Positions 11,699-24,879 of a stretch of DNA of 64,000 bases are shown piece after piece. The translations under genes were made by a program, and so were the position numbers. The notes beneath the pieces were generated by a model. The model ran no database searches. It was not told the origin of the DNA and saw nothing but the letters and a program-made list of their open reading frames with translations. The first letter of the stretch is position 1. Each line of letters starts with the position of its first letter. The stretch lies in assembly GCA_030265395.1 (NCBI GenBank), contig JARFYF010000074.1, positions 86,768,288-86,832,287 on the forward strand. The letters are read 5' to 3'. The stretch comes from Rhina ancylostomus. Its lineage: Eukaryota.

Positions 11699-14034
11699 AA
11701 GGGTCCAAAGGCTTTGACAGCAGCTGAGTGATCTGAGTCACAGCAGATACACAGTCTATTGTCCGTCCGGTCCAGGGAGAAATCTGTTGTCATCATGGAG
11801 CNNNNNNNNNNNNNNNNNNNNNNNNNNNNNNNNNNNNNNNNNNNNNNNNNNNNNNNNNNNNNNNNNNNNNNNNNNNNNNNNNNNNNNNNNNNNNNNNNNN
11901 NAAAGTTTTGGCCTCTTTCAGGATATTAGAACCTCTCCTCCCACTGCCTCTCACTGTGACTTTGTGATAATGCTCTATGTGGCAACATTGATTTCCCAAA
12001 GTCCAGCATTATCTGATACCTCATTGTTTAAAAAATTATTTTTGAATCAATTTTGGACCCAGATAGCTGGACAAATAGAGGAAACACAACCACTGAGTCT
12101 GTTGTAGTTAAAGAAGTCATGAAATTAAAGACTTCCAGGACTAACCTGTACTAGGATTGGCCATTGTATGGATGGTAGTCCCATTTTAGATGTGGAGGTT
12201 ATGATATTAAGGACCCAGTGTGCCTCCCTTTAGAAAGTATCACCAGACACCTGGAGTGGTGCAGACATCAGAATCCAATGATATTCTCCACCAGCCTCCT
12301 GGCAGCCCTGAGGCACTCGGCTGCACTCAGTAGAGCTTGATGACACACATGGCATTTGATATGTGTTAGCTGAATTTCACAAATTGCATGATTCTTGCAT
12401 AAGAGCAGTGATTACAAGATGCACACACAGATACAGTGATTTTCAAGAGCACAGTTAAATGCTCGGCGTATCAGACATTAGCCAAGTGGCATCATCTGGG
12501 CTGGAGTGCAGTATTTGAGCATTGGATTGCCAGCTGATACTGGGGCATGTTTTACTGCCTTAGAAGCAGCATCAGCTGATCAGGAAAGGATGTTTTACTT
12601 TTTACACCAGGTTATCCATCATCTAACTCAGAAGCTGGACAAAATAATGAGATTACAACTTAAAAAACTAAAGTAATTACTTGTAAATAATTTTGAAATA
12701 TATGAAAAGGTTTGCATTTTCCAGGACCCTCTGCTTCTCTAACCAGCTTGCTGTTCTATGTGGACCACAAACTCTGGGACACAGGCTCTGGGTCTGACTT
12801 AGCCAGATCCTGGTTGAATTTAAGGCCATTTGAGAAAGTGTTCGGTAAGGGAGGAGGTGTAATATTGTGTGTGCCATAAGGTTGGAGGGATTTTAGCCCC
12901 AACATACCTCCCCTATTCTGTTGTTAACGATATGTTTAGCAGAGATCCCCATGCTCATGAGACTGTAAAGATTTTTTGAAAATTCATATAATCCCTTGAA
13001 CTCAACGGAATTTTGTTTTTTGTGAATATTTCTTTAAACATATGAAAGGCTATAGTGCTATCACAGATTACCCTTGGCATTGATTGATACAGTGAGTCAG
13101 AATACTGTCCTTTCAGACACAGGATCTGTGTTTGAATCCAAGAGAAATAAATGAATTAAACACAGTTCAGGAAATATTTACAAAGGAGTCAGTCGTTAAG
13201 TCCATAACTCTATTCATATCTCATTTGTAGTTGACATTTTGTAAAAAAAAAGCATTCAGTCTCTAAAATTCACCTTTATACAAAAGTATAATTAAAAGGC
13301 ATTTCTGAAAGGATTTTGAAAACCTTCTAAAAGTGGGCTTTCGGCCTTGCTTTTTCTACCACTGGAAAATACAGGTAGAGTTGAGAAATAGAATGACGCA
13401 AATCTGTGGTTTCCTCAGACATCACACCCTGAATTGTGCCTCAATTGCAGCTGCAATATTTCTTCCACAACCTGTTTTCTGGTAAATTGCATAAAATAAA
13501 ATCTAATTCTGCAGCAGGCAATTCCAAGTTACTTTTTACCATGATCGGCTGATTTTTAACCTATCTTGGACTTAAAAATCCAATGCAAGAAAATCCCTAA
13601 AGATTTGAGGAGCAAAGTTAAAACTACAGTCACTTTCCTCTCAATCTGAGCTTTTCCCCTGCTCCTTCCAATCTTCACATATTTGAGGCTACATTCTTGC
13701 AGCTTTTCAATGGGCATATATGCTGGTTTGGTTGTATGGTTGTTGTAATGCTGCTGCGTCTGTAAGTACCATGTCACATAGTGTGCTTTGAACTGTTAGC
13801 TGTTTTTAGAAGCTTCCAGTGGTAATAACTGTGGAGCCACTTATAATAAGCGGTTGTGCCTATTTTGCAGCTCTGGAAGTCAGTATGAATTCCATCTCAC
13901 TGTCAATCAGAGAACACAGATCCTACATTAGGTAGCACTGCCCCCACCCAGTACAGTTTATTCTGTCTACATGACTCACCTACACTCCCTAGATCCCACT
14001 CAGTTTATTCCTCCTCACAGCTCCTTTCTGCTAC

Positions 14035-14175
14035 CTGACCTGAACCTTCCCACAGATGCTGCCTGTCAGACTTGAAACATTTACTTTGTTTCTCTTTCCA
14101 CGGATGCTGCTTGACCTGCTGTGTGTTTTCCACTTTACTTCAGATGTCCAGCATCTGCAGTTTGTTTGATCTTCA
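14035..14175 (+). mobile_element. Penelope-derived terminal-repeat fragment (partial tandem)
   Basis: Two gatgctgc units, then tgaaacatttact (decayed 3' half of the hammerhead) and the tail ttcagatgtccagcatctgcag. Confidence 0.6.
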
Positions 14176-14777
14176 TTTGCTGTCCTCCTCCCTTGTTGCC
14201 TTCATGCACTTCTTCAACATTGAGCCACTCCTATTTCCAAGTGGCATTCTAAACTACTCAGTCTGACATTCCTTTCAGGTCTGTGGTCAAATTCTTTTGG
14301 CTTCCCAACACTGATAGTTGATGTTCCCAAAGCACACTGTCTCTGGGGTGTACAATCCATCCTTCTTGATCTTACCACTAATTTTAATACAGCTTCCCCT
14401 CTAACCCGTCTCCTTTACCATCCAGCTACATGAGCTGCCCAACTATTGTTCTACTGCTGCTAATCTGGACAGCAACATATTCTCTTCCCTCCTAGCCGCA
14501 GTCGTGTCCGTAGCTTCCCAGTTTTCTTACTAATCTGCATTAATTCACTTAGTTCCATCATCCACATCATTCCCATTTTTGCCAAACCAGGAGGATTGCC
14601 AGGAATCTAAAGGCAAGCGTCTACTTACTTGAAGTCAGTCCATGTATTACAATCATTAAATTCATATTCCATTAATCTACATATACCTCAATATGGTGAT
14701 AAGAAGAGATCTTGTTTGCTGATTTCATTCACCCACGAGGCAACAAAACTACGAACTCTCTGACAGCTCTCTACAAT

Positions 14778-14885
14778 TGAAACATTAACTCTGTTTCTCT
14801 TTCCAAGGGTGCTGTCTGAACTGCTGAGTGTTTCCAGAATTTACTGTATTGATTTCAGATTTCTAGAGTCTGCACTTTCTTTGAT
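14778..14885 (+). mobile_element. Penelope-derived terminal-repeat fragment
   Basis: tgaaacattaactctgtttctct...ctgctgagtgtttccag...atttcagattt, the same family as 10870-10942. Confidence 0.6.
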
Positions 14886-14984
14886 GTTCTTTCCAAACTT
14901 CCTAGTCCAGAGTGTTATAACAGCAGATATAGACCTCCACGGGAATAGTTGCCTGGCTATAATGGGTCAGATCAATAATACTAT

Positions 14985-15360
14985 TACAGAGGTATATAAA
15001 ATCATGAGGGGCATAGACAAGGTGAATGGTGACAGTGTTTTTCCCAAGGTAGGAGAGTCTAAAACTAGAGGACATACAGTAGGTTTAACATGAGAGGGGA
15101 AAGATTTAAAGGGGACCTGACGCACAACTTTCCACACAGGGTGGTGGGTACGTGGAACAGGCTGCCCGAGAAAGTGGTAGACGCAGGTACATTTACAACA
15201 TTCAGAAGACATTGAGATAGGTACGTGGATAGGAACGGTTTAGAGGGACATGGGCCAATTGCAGGTGAATGGGATGAGCTCAGGCAGGCATCTCAGTCAG
15301 CATGGCCTACTTAGCTGAAGGGATGTTTCCACATTGTATGACTCTATGGCTCCATGACTA
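14985..15360 (+). mobile_element. CR1 LINE 3' end
   Basis: Encodes TEVYKIMRGIDKVNGDSVFPKVGESKTRGH and ends with the tail gtatgactctatggctccatgact. Confidence 0.85.
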
Positions 15361-16029
15361 AGGATCAATATATGTGTTTGATTTGACTGATTGCTTTAAT
15401 GAGAAACTTTCTGTAATTGTTATTGACAAAAGAAATCAAATTTATATTCTGCACTTCATAACGTTTACCATTCAATTAGATTTACAATCAAATAATGAAG
15501 GCTTTAAAATCCAGAATTATAAAATTTACAATTGCTGAGGTGATTGATGAATTACATAGAATTACAATGCAGGCTGGTTATTGTGAAATGTGAAGGCTTT
15601 TTCATTTTTTGCCCTGGTATCAACTTCATTGTATGAAACAGAGTTATTGCAAAAAAGTAATCTGTTACTGACCTGACGTTTTAATATTAATGGTCTGTCA
15701 TTCTTTTAATGAGCTGGAGAGTGAAGTCATCGTCTCAAGTTGCTTGTGAAGTTAGAATTATCTAATTGCATAAGTATGGGAGAGATGGGAAGTACTACAG
15801 AGCCATGAGCAACATACAAGTATGAAGTTAACATGCTTGTAGTATAATGACAAATATTGTTGGGGAGCCCTACAGAGAACTCTGATACAATCGTTATACC
15901 TGGACTACACAATAAAGTGCTTTAAGTATCCAATTTGTATTTGTTGAGGAAAATTATCAACAGTCATTTTCTAAAGTGTAAATTAGTCACTTGATGAGAT
16001 TGAAATGAAGATTAAGTTACTTGTTTTCC

Positions 16030-16330
16030 ATTATTCATTCTGGTGATTTGGCTGTGACTGTCAAGATCAGAATTGACACCACTACTGTCCTTAAGAAGAG
16101 TGTATAGAACTGTCTCCTTGGACCACTCCAATTCTTAGATGATGGTATTTTAACATAGCAGCTACAGAAAGATTTCCAGGATTCTGAGTCTGTGCTGGCA
16201 ATATACCTCCAAGTCAAGGTGCTTTGTGATTTGAGGCAACTTCCCATGCGCCTGCTGCCTGTGTCCTAGATGGCAGAGATTACTGGATTGGGAACTTGTA
16301 TTGCCAGAATTTAAGTTGTGCTCATTTCTA
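16030..16330 (-). mobile_element. Degenerate LINE 3' end (CR1/L2 group, same family as 17010-17425)
   Basis: ttccaggattctgagtctgtgctggcaatatacctccaagtcagg is the reverse complement of the 17340-17400 segment. Confidence 0.55.
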
Positions 16331-16719
16331 ACTGTTCTCTGCTTTAAGATAATTGGTAACAGAGCAGCCTCCAGGCAAAAAGGCACTAAGAACCTATTGA
16401 GACCAAATTAATTACACCACATGGATGTAAGCCTGGATTTTAACTCTAGATGGGAGCTGTGTGAATGAAGGAGTGCGTGGGCAGGGAGAGAAGTGGTTTC
16501 TGAGGTGAACAATGATCTACCTGCACCCACAACTCCATCACTAAATACTAAGACCAAACCCCCCCTCCCACCCCAACATTGCTCACAACATGAAGGCAAT
16601 TTCAGTGTTGGCCAAGGATGTGGCCAGTCTCAACTTTGGAGCTTCAGAATCACTCCCAACCTTTACATGCGCAGAAGGGAGAAGCAGGGTTCTGAGTGGC
16701 AGGAGACCTGTGCCAAGGA

Positions 16720-16945
16720 GTCATAGAGTCATACATCACAGAAACAGGCCCCTCACCCTACCGTGTCCATGCTGACCATCAATTACCCATTGCAGCAATC
16801 CCATTTATCAGCACTTGGTCAGTAGCCTTCTATGCCTTGGCAATTCAAGTGCTCATCCAGGTACTTGTTAAATGTTATGAGATGTACCTGCTCCCACCAC
16901 CACTTCAGACAGTATGTTCTGGATTCCAATCACCCTCTGGGTAAA
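16720..16945 (-). mobile_element. CR1 LINE 3' tail
   Basis: gtcatagagtcatacatcacagaaacaggccc...caccctctgggtaaaaa. Confidence 0.75.
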
Positions 16946-17009
16946 AACTAGAAACTGAACTGAACCTGACAAGAAACTGAATTTGAGTAGCCAAATACAC
17001 AATGTCTCA

Positions 17010-17425
17010 AATACACCATCTACAAAGCTCAAGGCAGGAATGTGACGGGAAACTCTCCACTTACCTGGATGAGTGCAGCTCTAACATCTAAGAACCTCGA
17101 CACCATACAGAACATAGCAACCCACCTGATAGGCACCCCATCCACAACCATTCACTCACTCCACCACCGATGCACAGTAGCAGCAATTTGTACCCTCTAA
17201 AAGATGCACTGCAGCAACTCACCAAGACTCCTTAGACAGCACCTTCCAAGTGCATGGCCCCTACCAGCTAGAAGAACAAGGGCAACAAAAACATGGGAAC
17301 ACCACCATCTGGAAGTTGCCCTTCGAGCCACACACCACCCTGACTTAGAACTATATTGCCATTCCTTTGCCCTTACTGGGTTAAAGTCCTGGAACTCTCT
17401 CCGTCCTGAACAGCATTGTGGGATA
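17010..17425 (+). mobile_element. CR1/L2-group LINE ORF2 C-terminal fragment
   Basis: Decayed TIYKAQ.R.V...SPL.WMSAA...K.LDTIQ..A..LIG motif. A homologous copy lies on the - strand at 44600-44690. Confidence 0.7.
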
Positions 17426-18299
17426 CTGTGATCTCATGTACAACCTCATCTATGGCTTGACTGCTTTTCCCATGGAGGCCAAGAACATGGTCACTCTCAT
17501 CTTTGGAGCCTCATAATTATTCCAGAATGCTCCTGCCAATATCTACCAGGTCTCACATTTTGCCTCTCACTGCTGCACTTCATCTACTTTCCCTTCAGCC
17601 TACAGGAGCTGGTAGAGTGGGCATGGGCATTAGCCTACATTGCAGCCTTCTCTAAAGCACAGGCACTCAGTGCATTCTGTCCTCACAAAGTCTTCTCTGG
17701 AAACTTCCTGTCAAGAACACTTGGTTGTAGACCTGGAGGGTCTTCATGGGGTCCCTGCATAAAGAATGTGCCTCTTGCTGAGACTTTTCTTCACCAGCCT
17801 ATGCAAGCCCCTTAGATTCCTAGGGACTCTCCCCCACCCTCTTCCTATCACTGCAGAATCCATCCATTCAGTAGTAACATCTCCCAGTAATTGGAAAAGT
17901 GTCCCTTTAAGAACTGGCTGCAAAGAGTGCACCTGCTGAGCTATGTGTGGAGAAGTGAGAGAACTTGCAAAACAATAAGGAACATTCTGCTGAAGCTAAC
18001 TGTTTTAGAGAGGCATTCCACTGGGAAGCCCAAGGGCAATCTCACAATCAAAGTCCTTGCTCTTCATGCAACTTTCACAAACAACATTAGAGTGATCCAT
18101 AATGCTGTTTCAAGGCCAAAAGAACAAGGAACAATTTCAAGGCAAAGGTATTCTTTCTAAAACATACATTGAGTTTTCTTGAGAGTCAGAGAACAAGGGC
18201 AGAAAGCTCAGAGTGGGAGTGGGATGGAAAATTGAAGTGAGAGGGACTGGAAGCTCATTGGAGGACTGAATGGGGGTGTTCAAAAAACAGTTGCCCTCT

Positions 18300-18930
18300 C
18301 TGCATGAGTGGCAAAGGCTGCGCATTATATTCAAAGAAGTGGAAGTATGTCACTGTTGCCCTGTCATCTCTCTTCAGTGAAGAAGGAAAGTGCCTCAGAC
18401 TGCCTGATGATCATGCAAAGGGATTCAACTCCATGGAGAAAATGAGTCGATAGTGCCAATGATAATGTTGCAGAGAATGCCACGTTTCACTGACAGAGGC
18501 AAGAAGAGGCTGGTCCAGGGAAAGAAAAAATAGTCAAAATATGGAGAAATATATTTTGCAGGGCGCCTCCTTGAAAGAAAAATTAAATGAAATTTTTTCA
18601 GGCTGGACCTTAGTGAATGGGATGCAGCAAGTTCAGAGAGAATAGGTGTGAACGGATGAGCTTAGTGGAAAGGTTGAGAGCGCTTGTATTGCATCAGAGT
18701 TTGCAATAAAAAGATCTTGTGGGAGGAGTCCGGGTTGATTGGGGATTCTGACAGAATCTATTGTGTGGGATGAAGACACCAGCCTGAAGAAATGAGCAGA
18801 AAGGCAAAAGCAGTGGAAGGAAAGCTCCATATCATATTGAGGTCAAGATCTGTTGAGATTCAGCTGAGGCCTCTGGTGAGGACCAGTAGCAGAGAGCAGA
18901 GGGTCAGAAGGGATGCTGCAAGGTGTGACA
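18300..18930 (-). mobile_element. Penelope-like element ORF fossil (N-terminal and RT region)
   Basis: The reverse strand gives SIPSDPLLS..VLTRGLS..YDMELSFHCFCLSAHFF..GLLPQDLFIANS and further on ISPYFDY and RLIFSME. These resemble PLE motifs (IPSDLPLS..VLSKGLSF..DAELFFRRLRLRAHFF; LIFTMDVQSLYTSIP). Heavily frameshifted. Confidence 0.6.
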
Positions 18931-20224
18931 TTGGAAGAACAGGTGGAATCAGAGGAAAGAGATGGGCAGAAGGAGCTCGAGGAGCTGTTGAAGTTTGTGA
19001 TCATTGCTGAAGCATCAGGTGAGGCGAAGGATGTACTGGAACTGTGTGAGCGAGAGGTTGAGAACACACTTGCTGACACATGGAGCTCAGAGTGCAGCAA
19101 CAACAGTGATTCAACAATTGCTGGACCTCTGTAATTGTCTGTGGTTCTAAATGCAAGCGGTGTAATTCCAGTTGGAATTCCAGTGAGACAAGTCAGAACC
19201 AGAGACAAAAACTGTTAATCCTCTCAACTGTTTCTAAAAGCACACATGGTGCTGCTCTATTATAGTGGCAAACATTTAGAAGCACAATCTAAGACTGCTT
19301 CTATCCCTTTAAGTAACTATATATATAAGCAGACTGGATTCTGAAAACTAAATTGTGTTGACATTATTACCAGTTGACCTCTGACCAGCATGAGAAAGAA
19401 ACTAGAAGCAGGGGCCAGAAAACTACTTCATTTCTTAAATTCTAGTTGAGTCTCAGTGTCACTTTTGAGCACAATTCCCAAGTTGTGAGTGGGAAATAAC
19501 TACACAATTGAGACCAGGTGCAAGGGGTCACTGACCTTCCACCTCTGGATAGAACCAGTAGACATTGTTCCATCCTGAGGTAGTACAGTATCCTTTGCCT
19601 CCAGGAATACTTCACTTTTGACTAGAGTGGGGTTTGATGACAACCCTGTAATATAAATGGAGCATAATTCTCAACACATTTCAACAGTAGAAGCATTAAT
19701 AATCAGCATTTCCTTTCTTGGAGGAAGGAATTCTGTGATATTACAGTGGAAAATCTGATTTCGCTGTGGAAATGTTTTGCCATGTATACTGAGGCAGATT
19801 TCTGGTTCATCCTAATGTTAATGTTCCTAGTTACAGTGGATACCCTGGATTAATTATATACTATTGCACTTGAACCCAAACATGTACATTCCTCTCATGT
19901 ATAAAGCAGATGAAAAATAGAAACTGCTTTTATTCATTTTCCACTGCAAACATTAAGGCACACAATCTGTTTCATGAAACAGAACTGTATCATAGTTTGG
20001 ATACGAAGCATCTTTGATACTTGATATATTCTGATATTGACTTCCATATAGAATGAAAGATTTTATTCAATACTTGCAAAGGGTCACCATAAAGTGGGCT
20101 TTGATTAACATTTGAATAGTTTGGGTAAGCAGCTGACGTGCCTCCTGGGGAAGCTTGCCCGTTCCCAAGAGAATAATTTCGGCCACCTGACCTCAGGAGC
20201 ATTGCAGTCCAGGAGCAGGGCTCT

Positions 20225-20371
20225 GGGCAGGCATGGTAGTGTGGCAGTTAGCATAATGCTTTGCAGCGCCAGCGACCCAGGTTCAATTCCAGCTGCTGTC
20301 TGAAAGGAGTTTGTACATTCTCCCCGTGTCTGCGTGGGTTTCCTCCGGGTGCTCCGGTTTCCTCCCACATT
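20225..20371 (+). mobile_element. tRNA-derived V-SINE 5' part (cut by gap)
   Basis: gggcaggcatggtagtgtggcagttagc...ggttcaattcc...V domain; same family as 36459-36760. Confidence 0.88.
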
Positions 20372-21029
20372 NNNNNNNNNNNNNNNNNNNNNNNNNNNNN
20401 NNNNNNNNNNNNNNNNNNNNNNNNNNNNNNNNNNNNNNNNNNNNNNNNNNNNNNNNNNNNNNNNNNNNNNNNNNNNNNNNNNNNNNNNNNNNNNNNNNNN
20501 NNNNNNNNNNNNNNNNNNNNNNNNNNNNNNNNNNNNNNNNNNNNNNNNNNNNNNNNNNNNNNNNNNNNNNNNNNNNNNNNNNNNNNNNNNNNNNNNNNNN
20601 NNNNNNNNNNNNNNNNNNNNNNNNNNNNNNNNNNNNNNNNNNNNNNNNNNNNNNNNNNNNNNNNNNNNNNNNNNNNNNNNNNNNNNNNNNNNNNNNNNNN
20701 NNNNNNNNNNNNNNNNNNNNNNNNNNNNNNNNNNNNNNNNNNNNNNNNNNNNNNNNNNNNNNNNNNNNNNNNNNNNNNNNNNNNNNNNNNNNNNNNNNNN
20801 NNNNNNNNNNNNNNNNNNNNNNNNNNNNNNNNNNNNNNNNNNNNNNNNNNNNNNNNNNNNNNNNNNNNNNNNNNNNNNNNNNNNNNNNNNNNNNNNNNNN
20901 NNNNNNNNNNNNNNNNNNNNNNNNNNNNNNNNNNNNNNNNNNNNNNNNNNNNNNNNNNNNNNNNNNNNNNNNNNNNNNNNNNNNNNNNNNNNNNNNNNNN
21001 NNNNNNNNNNNNNNNNNNNNNNNNNNNNN

Positions 21030-21100
<71 letters not shown>
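21030..21100. repeat. (CA)n microsatellite abutting an assembly gap
   Basis: About 35 perfect CA units are directly visible. Confidence 0.98.
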
Positions 21101-21102
<2 letters not shown>

Positions 21103-22659
21103 TCTTTAAGGAACACTCACTAATAGTCCTAGTCCGTAACAATATCTAATATAGAATAAACTGCACCTTGGATCAACTGGTAAACAGCTTGAGGCAAAAA
21201 ATGGTTTGATCGCATTTGTCAAAGTGCTTAGAAACCCTATGTTTGGACAGTATTTCTTAATGAGATTAAATTTACTTCCATTGAACGCCTTACTTAACAA
21301 ATGTTACCATTTTATGTCTAAATATTTCAAAGGAAAGTTCACCAAATAGTTTCTCTGAATTACAACATACTGTCATTAACAATTTCAAGCATGTTGCTTC
21401 TTCAGCCAGATTTAAGCATAAATGATAACAGACAAAAAAGATTTCTTCCCTCGTTATGTCCAGTCAGATGGGTAACATCTACTTCCTCTTAACTTCAACC
21501 ACAAGAACTGCGTCTGTCAGCACAACCGATGGACACAATACCAGAAACAAAATGAAGAATCTGAGATAGACAGAGTAGCCCCCGACTGACGTGAACACTC
21601 ACTGTGACATCTTCATGGTAAACACTATTTATTGGATTTGTCCTTCATATGGTTCTGTTTTAGGGGTTCATGCAGGTTTAACAGATTAAACAATAACTTA
21701 CTACATAATCATAAATATTAAAGAATCATAAAGAATACAGCCCAGAAGATGCCACTCAGTACACAGGGGCTACGCCTAGCTGCTTTTTTGGCTTGAGTTA
21801 TTTATTCTCATCCTATTTTGCTGTCTATTTTCATGTTATATTTTTTAAATACATTCAATTCAATTAGAAACTAATGTTGTAATCTCTGCCTAAGTGAAGT
21901 TCAATAGGGACGGAAGCCTGTCACTGTACTTGGTTTGTCCAGTGGGTGATCCAGTCCCACACCAATGTGGCTGGCTCTTATTTGCCCCTTTTAGAGACTT
22001 GCATACTTCTCAAGCCATGTAGAACTAGGCAATATATCACAAACTTCCCAGTGATACCTTCATCCTGAGGACAATTTTTTTTAAATATACCCGGTATAAA
22101 GCAGTCAATATTCCAATAGGAGGAAAACTCTCACTATTTCACTGGAATTCACTGTGGTTACTTTGATTGTAATTTGATCTCAATTTCTCTTGATAGACAA
22201 AGACTTCTAACATTTAACTAGGTTGCCAGTTGAAAATAGACCAATAGAGTACAAGAGGAAAATTCAGTGTTCACTTATATTTAATTTGTGAGTGGACACC
22301 AGAAAAATAAATACCAATCCAATTTATTTGTGTCCTTCAAGGAAAGAATCCCATTATTTCCACCTGCCTTAGCCTATTTGTAACTTCTGTAACATATTGT
22401 GGCATTGACATTAATCAGCACTAGGAAAGCATGTTTTATGTAACCCACTACTGTACCCAGGCCCAATGCATTGTACACAACAAAAGAGACCTTAGCTACC
22501 TCTGCCAGCCACTTCAATGAACAATTATAAGAATTACTTGCCTAGACGTTCAACCCCATCGATCTTATCAATGTGGTAAAACTTCAGAGGCAGTGTACAA
22601 CATGCTGTTATGATTTTACAGCTTGTATAATTACTTATTTAGTGCTACCAATAGGGTCA

Positions 22660-23230
22660 ACTCGGAAGCATGCAGGGTCCAGATTTCTGGACTCTCCCTT
22701 GAAAGACTTGGTGGGGAAGGGGAAAGTAGAGGAGATGTTTAGTATCCTAGGAAGGCCTTGAAGGTCAACACCAGGAGTCAAGCACCAAGGAGCAAGGACC
22801 CAGATGCAATAAGTTCAATGATTGCGCATGTGATCAATATGAATGCATCTTCAGACATTATATTCTGCCAAATGCAACTCATACTCAGTTACTGCCACCT
22901 CACTCACCTGCCAACAATTTCTATTATGTAGGACTCAATCTGTTATTGATATGTTCCACCTCATCCTCACACTCTTAGCATGGCACAAAGTTCTGACCCA
23001 GCCTTCTATTTAACCATAACAGCTACATCACCCAAGCCACACTTAATGATGCCTTGATTTAATGACTAAAATTTCCTTTTGCCAGAGAAGCAGAAAGGTG
23101 GTACACACTAAATGTGATAGGGCCTATGCATAAAGAGACAGCAAGTTGCAATCTCCTAACTTCATTGGAGGACAAGGTATTACATTCACTGAGGCCTTGG
23201 TTGTTGAGGCTGTGAGCAGCAGCAGCATTA
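22660..23230 (+). mobile_element. Possible PIF/Harbinger Myb/SANT-like ORF fossil
   Basis: KHAGSRFLDSPLKDLV...KVNTRSQAPRS and, in another frame, ..CNKFND resemble the RAPRFS..LE.LV...VNA....R...QC.KKFNDL pattern. Very degenerate. Confidence 0.4.
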
Positions 23231-24155
23231 AAACTATGTTATGATTACTGTGTTCTTAATGCAATGTCTAAATCACACTTCCTCCTTATTCCACATTCTC
23301 TTCTGATTTACAAGCCACAGACACTGGGAACGTGTGTTACTTTCACTGCGCTATCCCCCTTCCCATCATCATCGCCTGACCCTGGTGCCTTGGTCCATTA
23401 GGAGAAATAAAAAAGAAGACAGTGATGATGAACACTTACTGGCACTCAATTTCAGACTCACAGCCAGCAACTCAAATCCTGGCACTAACCTGAAATCTAG
23501 AGAACAATTTGCAGAGAGGATCTGTACATGGTGAGACGCCTGACATGAGTGGTCAGAAGCCAAGGCAGGAGATAGCCTAAGGAAAATGTAGTTCCAGTCC
23601 AGCAGAGGTTGAATTGCCCTTGATTTCCCTGAGGACTCAGAAGAAGAAATGAACAGAGCAGGTTACAGAAGAAGAATGATTGATAGCTACAACAAAATCC
23701 TTGTGCCTGCATCCAATGCCAAGGACCAGGGAGGAGACCAGGACTAACTTACCCCAGGTTTTGCATAGTTCTCAGAGCCTGCCTTTTCCAACTCTGCTTG
23801 CAAATTTGTGGACTAGAGCACCAGGCACCCAAAGTGAATGCTCAGTGTCACTTGGCACCATGCAAGCATAGTCTGTCATCACCATGGCTACGGATTACAA
23901 TATTCAAATTGGGCTTGCAGGGTGTCATGGTGCCCAGTAACCTGTCATCCTGGGATTGCAGTGGCATTACCAAGCCTTGTGGACCACAAAACTGTTTTCC
24001 TCCCAGGATGACAGTGATTGTTCGTTTACCTCTGCCATTCCACCAGGACCCTTGCTGTTGCCTGCAGCCAGCTAGCCAATGAAGACTGCCATCTTCCATG
24101 CTGAAATCAACAGCTGAGCCTCTGGGCCTTCTCAACCCAGAGTTATTTGAGGTCA

Positions 24156-24285
24156 GATGAAGGGTCTCAACTCAAAACATTGACCGTCCATTTCCCTCCG
24201 CAGATGCCGCTGAATCTGCAGCGTTTCCCCAGCTGTTTGGTTTTTGCTCCAGATTTCAGCATCTACAGCCTCTTGTATCTCTTAT
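24156..24285 (+). mobile_element. Penelope-derived short element beginning at a decayed hammerhead motif
   Basis: gatgaagggtctcaactcaaaacattgacc...cagatgccgctg...ccagatttcagcatct. Imperfect TSD ttatttgaggtca (24143-24155) / ttatctgaagtca (24286-24298). Confidence 0.7.
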
Positions 24286-24879
24286 TTATCTGAAGTCATC
24301 CTCTGTAATCACCTCCACTGAAAGGTTTTTATTTAATCCTTAGCAGGCTAGGGGCATCACAAATTTGGCATTCAAAGATACATTCACCCACTATACGAGG
24401 TCCTCAGTTGACCTCTGTTCCCATCACTCGGCATGTATCCCGACCCCTGCCGCTTTAGTACACTTCTGCTATTTTGAACCTTCATCTCAAGGCCTCAAAT
24501 TCAACACTCAAGAGGCCTGTGAGTATCCTACCATTCTTCACTAAGGTCAGGCTGACTGACCCAGTGTGTCTGCCAGCATATTCCCCAGCATCAATGCATC
24601 TTCCCCTTAAGAGGTGCAAGTTAATTTTAACTGCATAGCCATTGTACTTAGAGATTGCTAGGTATGTAGGGAGAGCACGGTTCTGGGATCTCAGGCACTT
24701 CCTTCATGCCCTCTTGCATCACCATTAAGACAATTTCAGGACACCATGGCATCTCACTTCTTCCTTGACTGACAGAGTAAAGCTCAGCCAATCAAAACTC
24801 TCACTTGATCAGCCAATAGGAGCAAACAGTTAGAGATCTTAAGAACCAATCTTAAGAATCCCGACCACAAAGAGCGAGT

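Noticed and set aside
20105-21149. Long ORFs with poly-X and CV/HT repeats
   Set aside because: Artefacts of an N gap and a (CA)n microsatellite. The same applies to ORFs across the gaps at 40507-40876 and 43917-44307.
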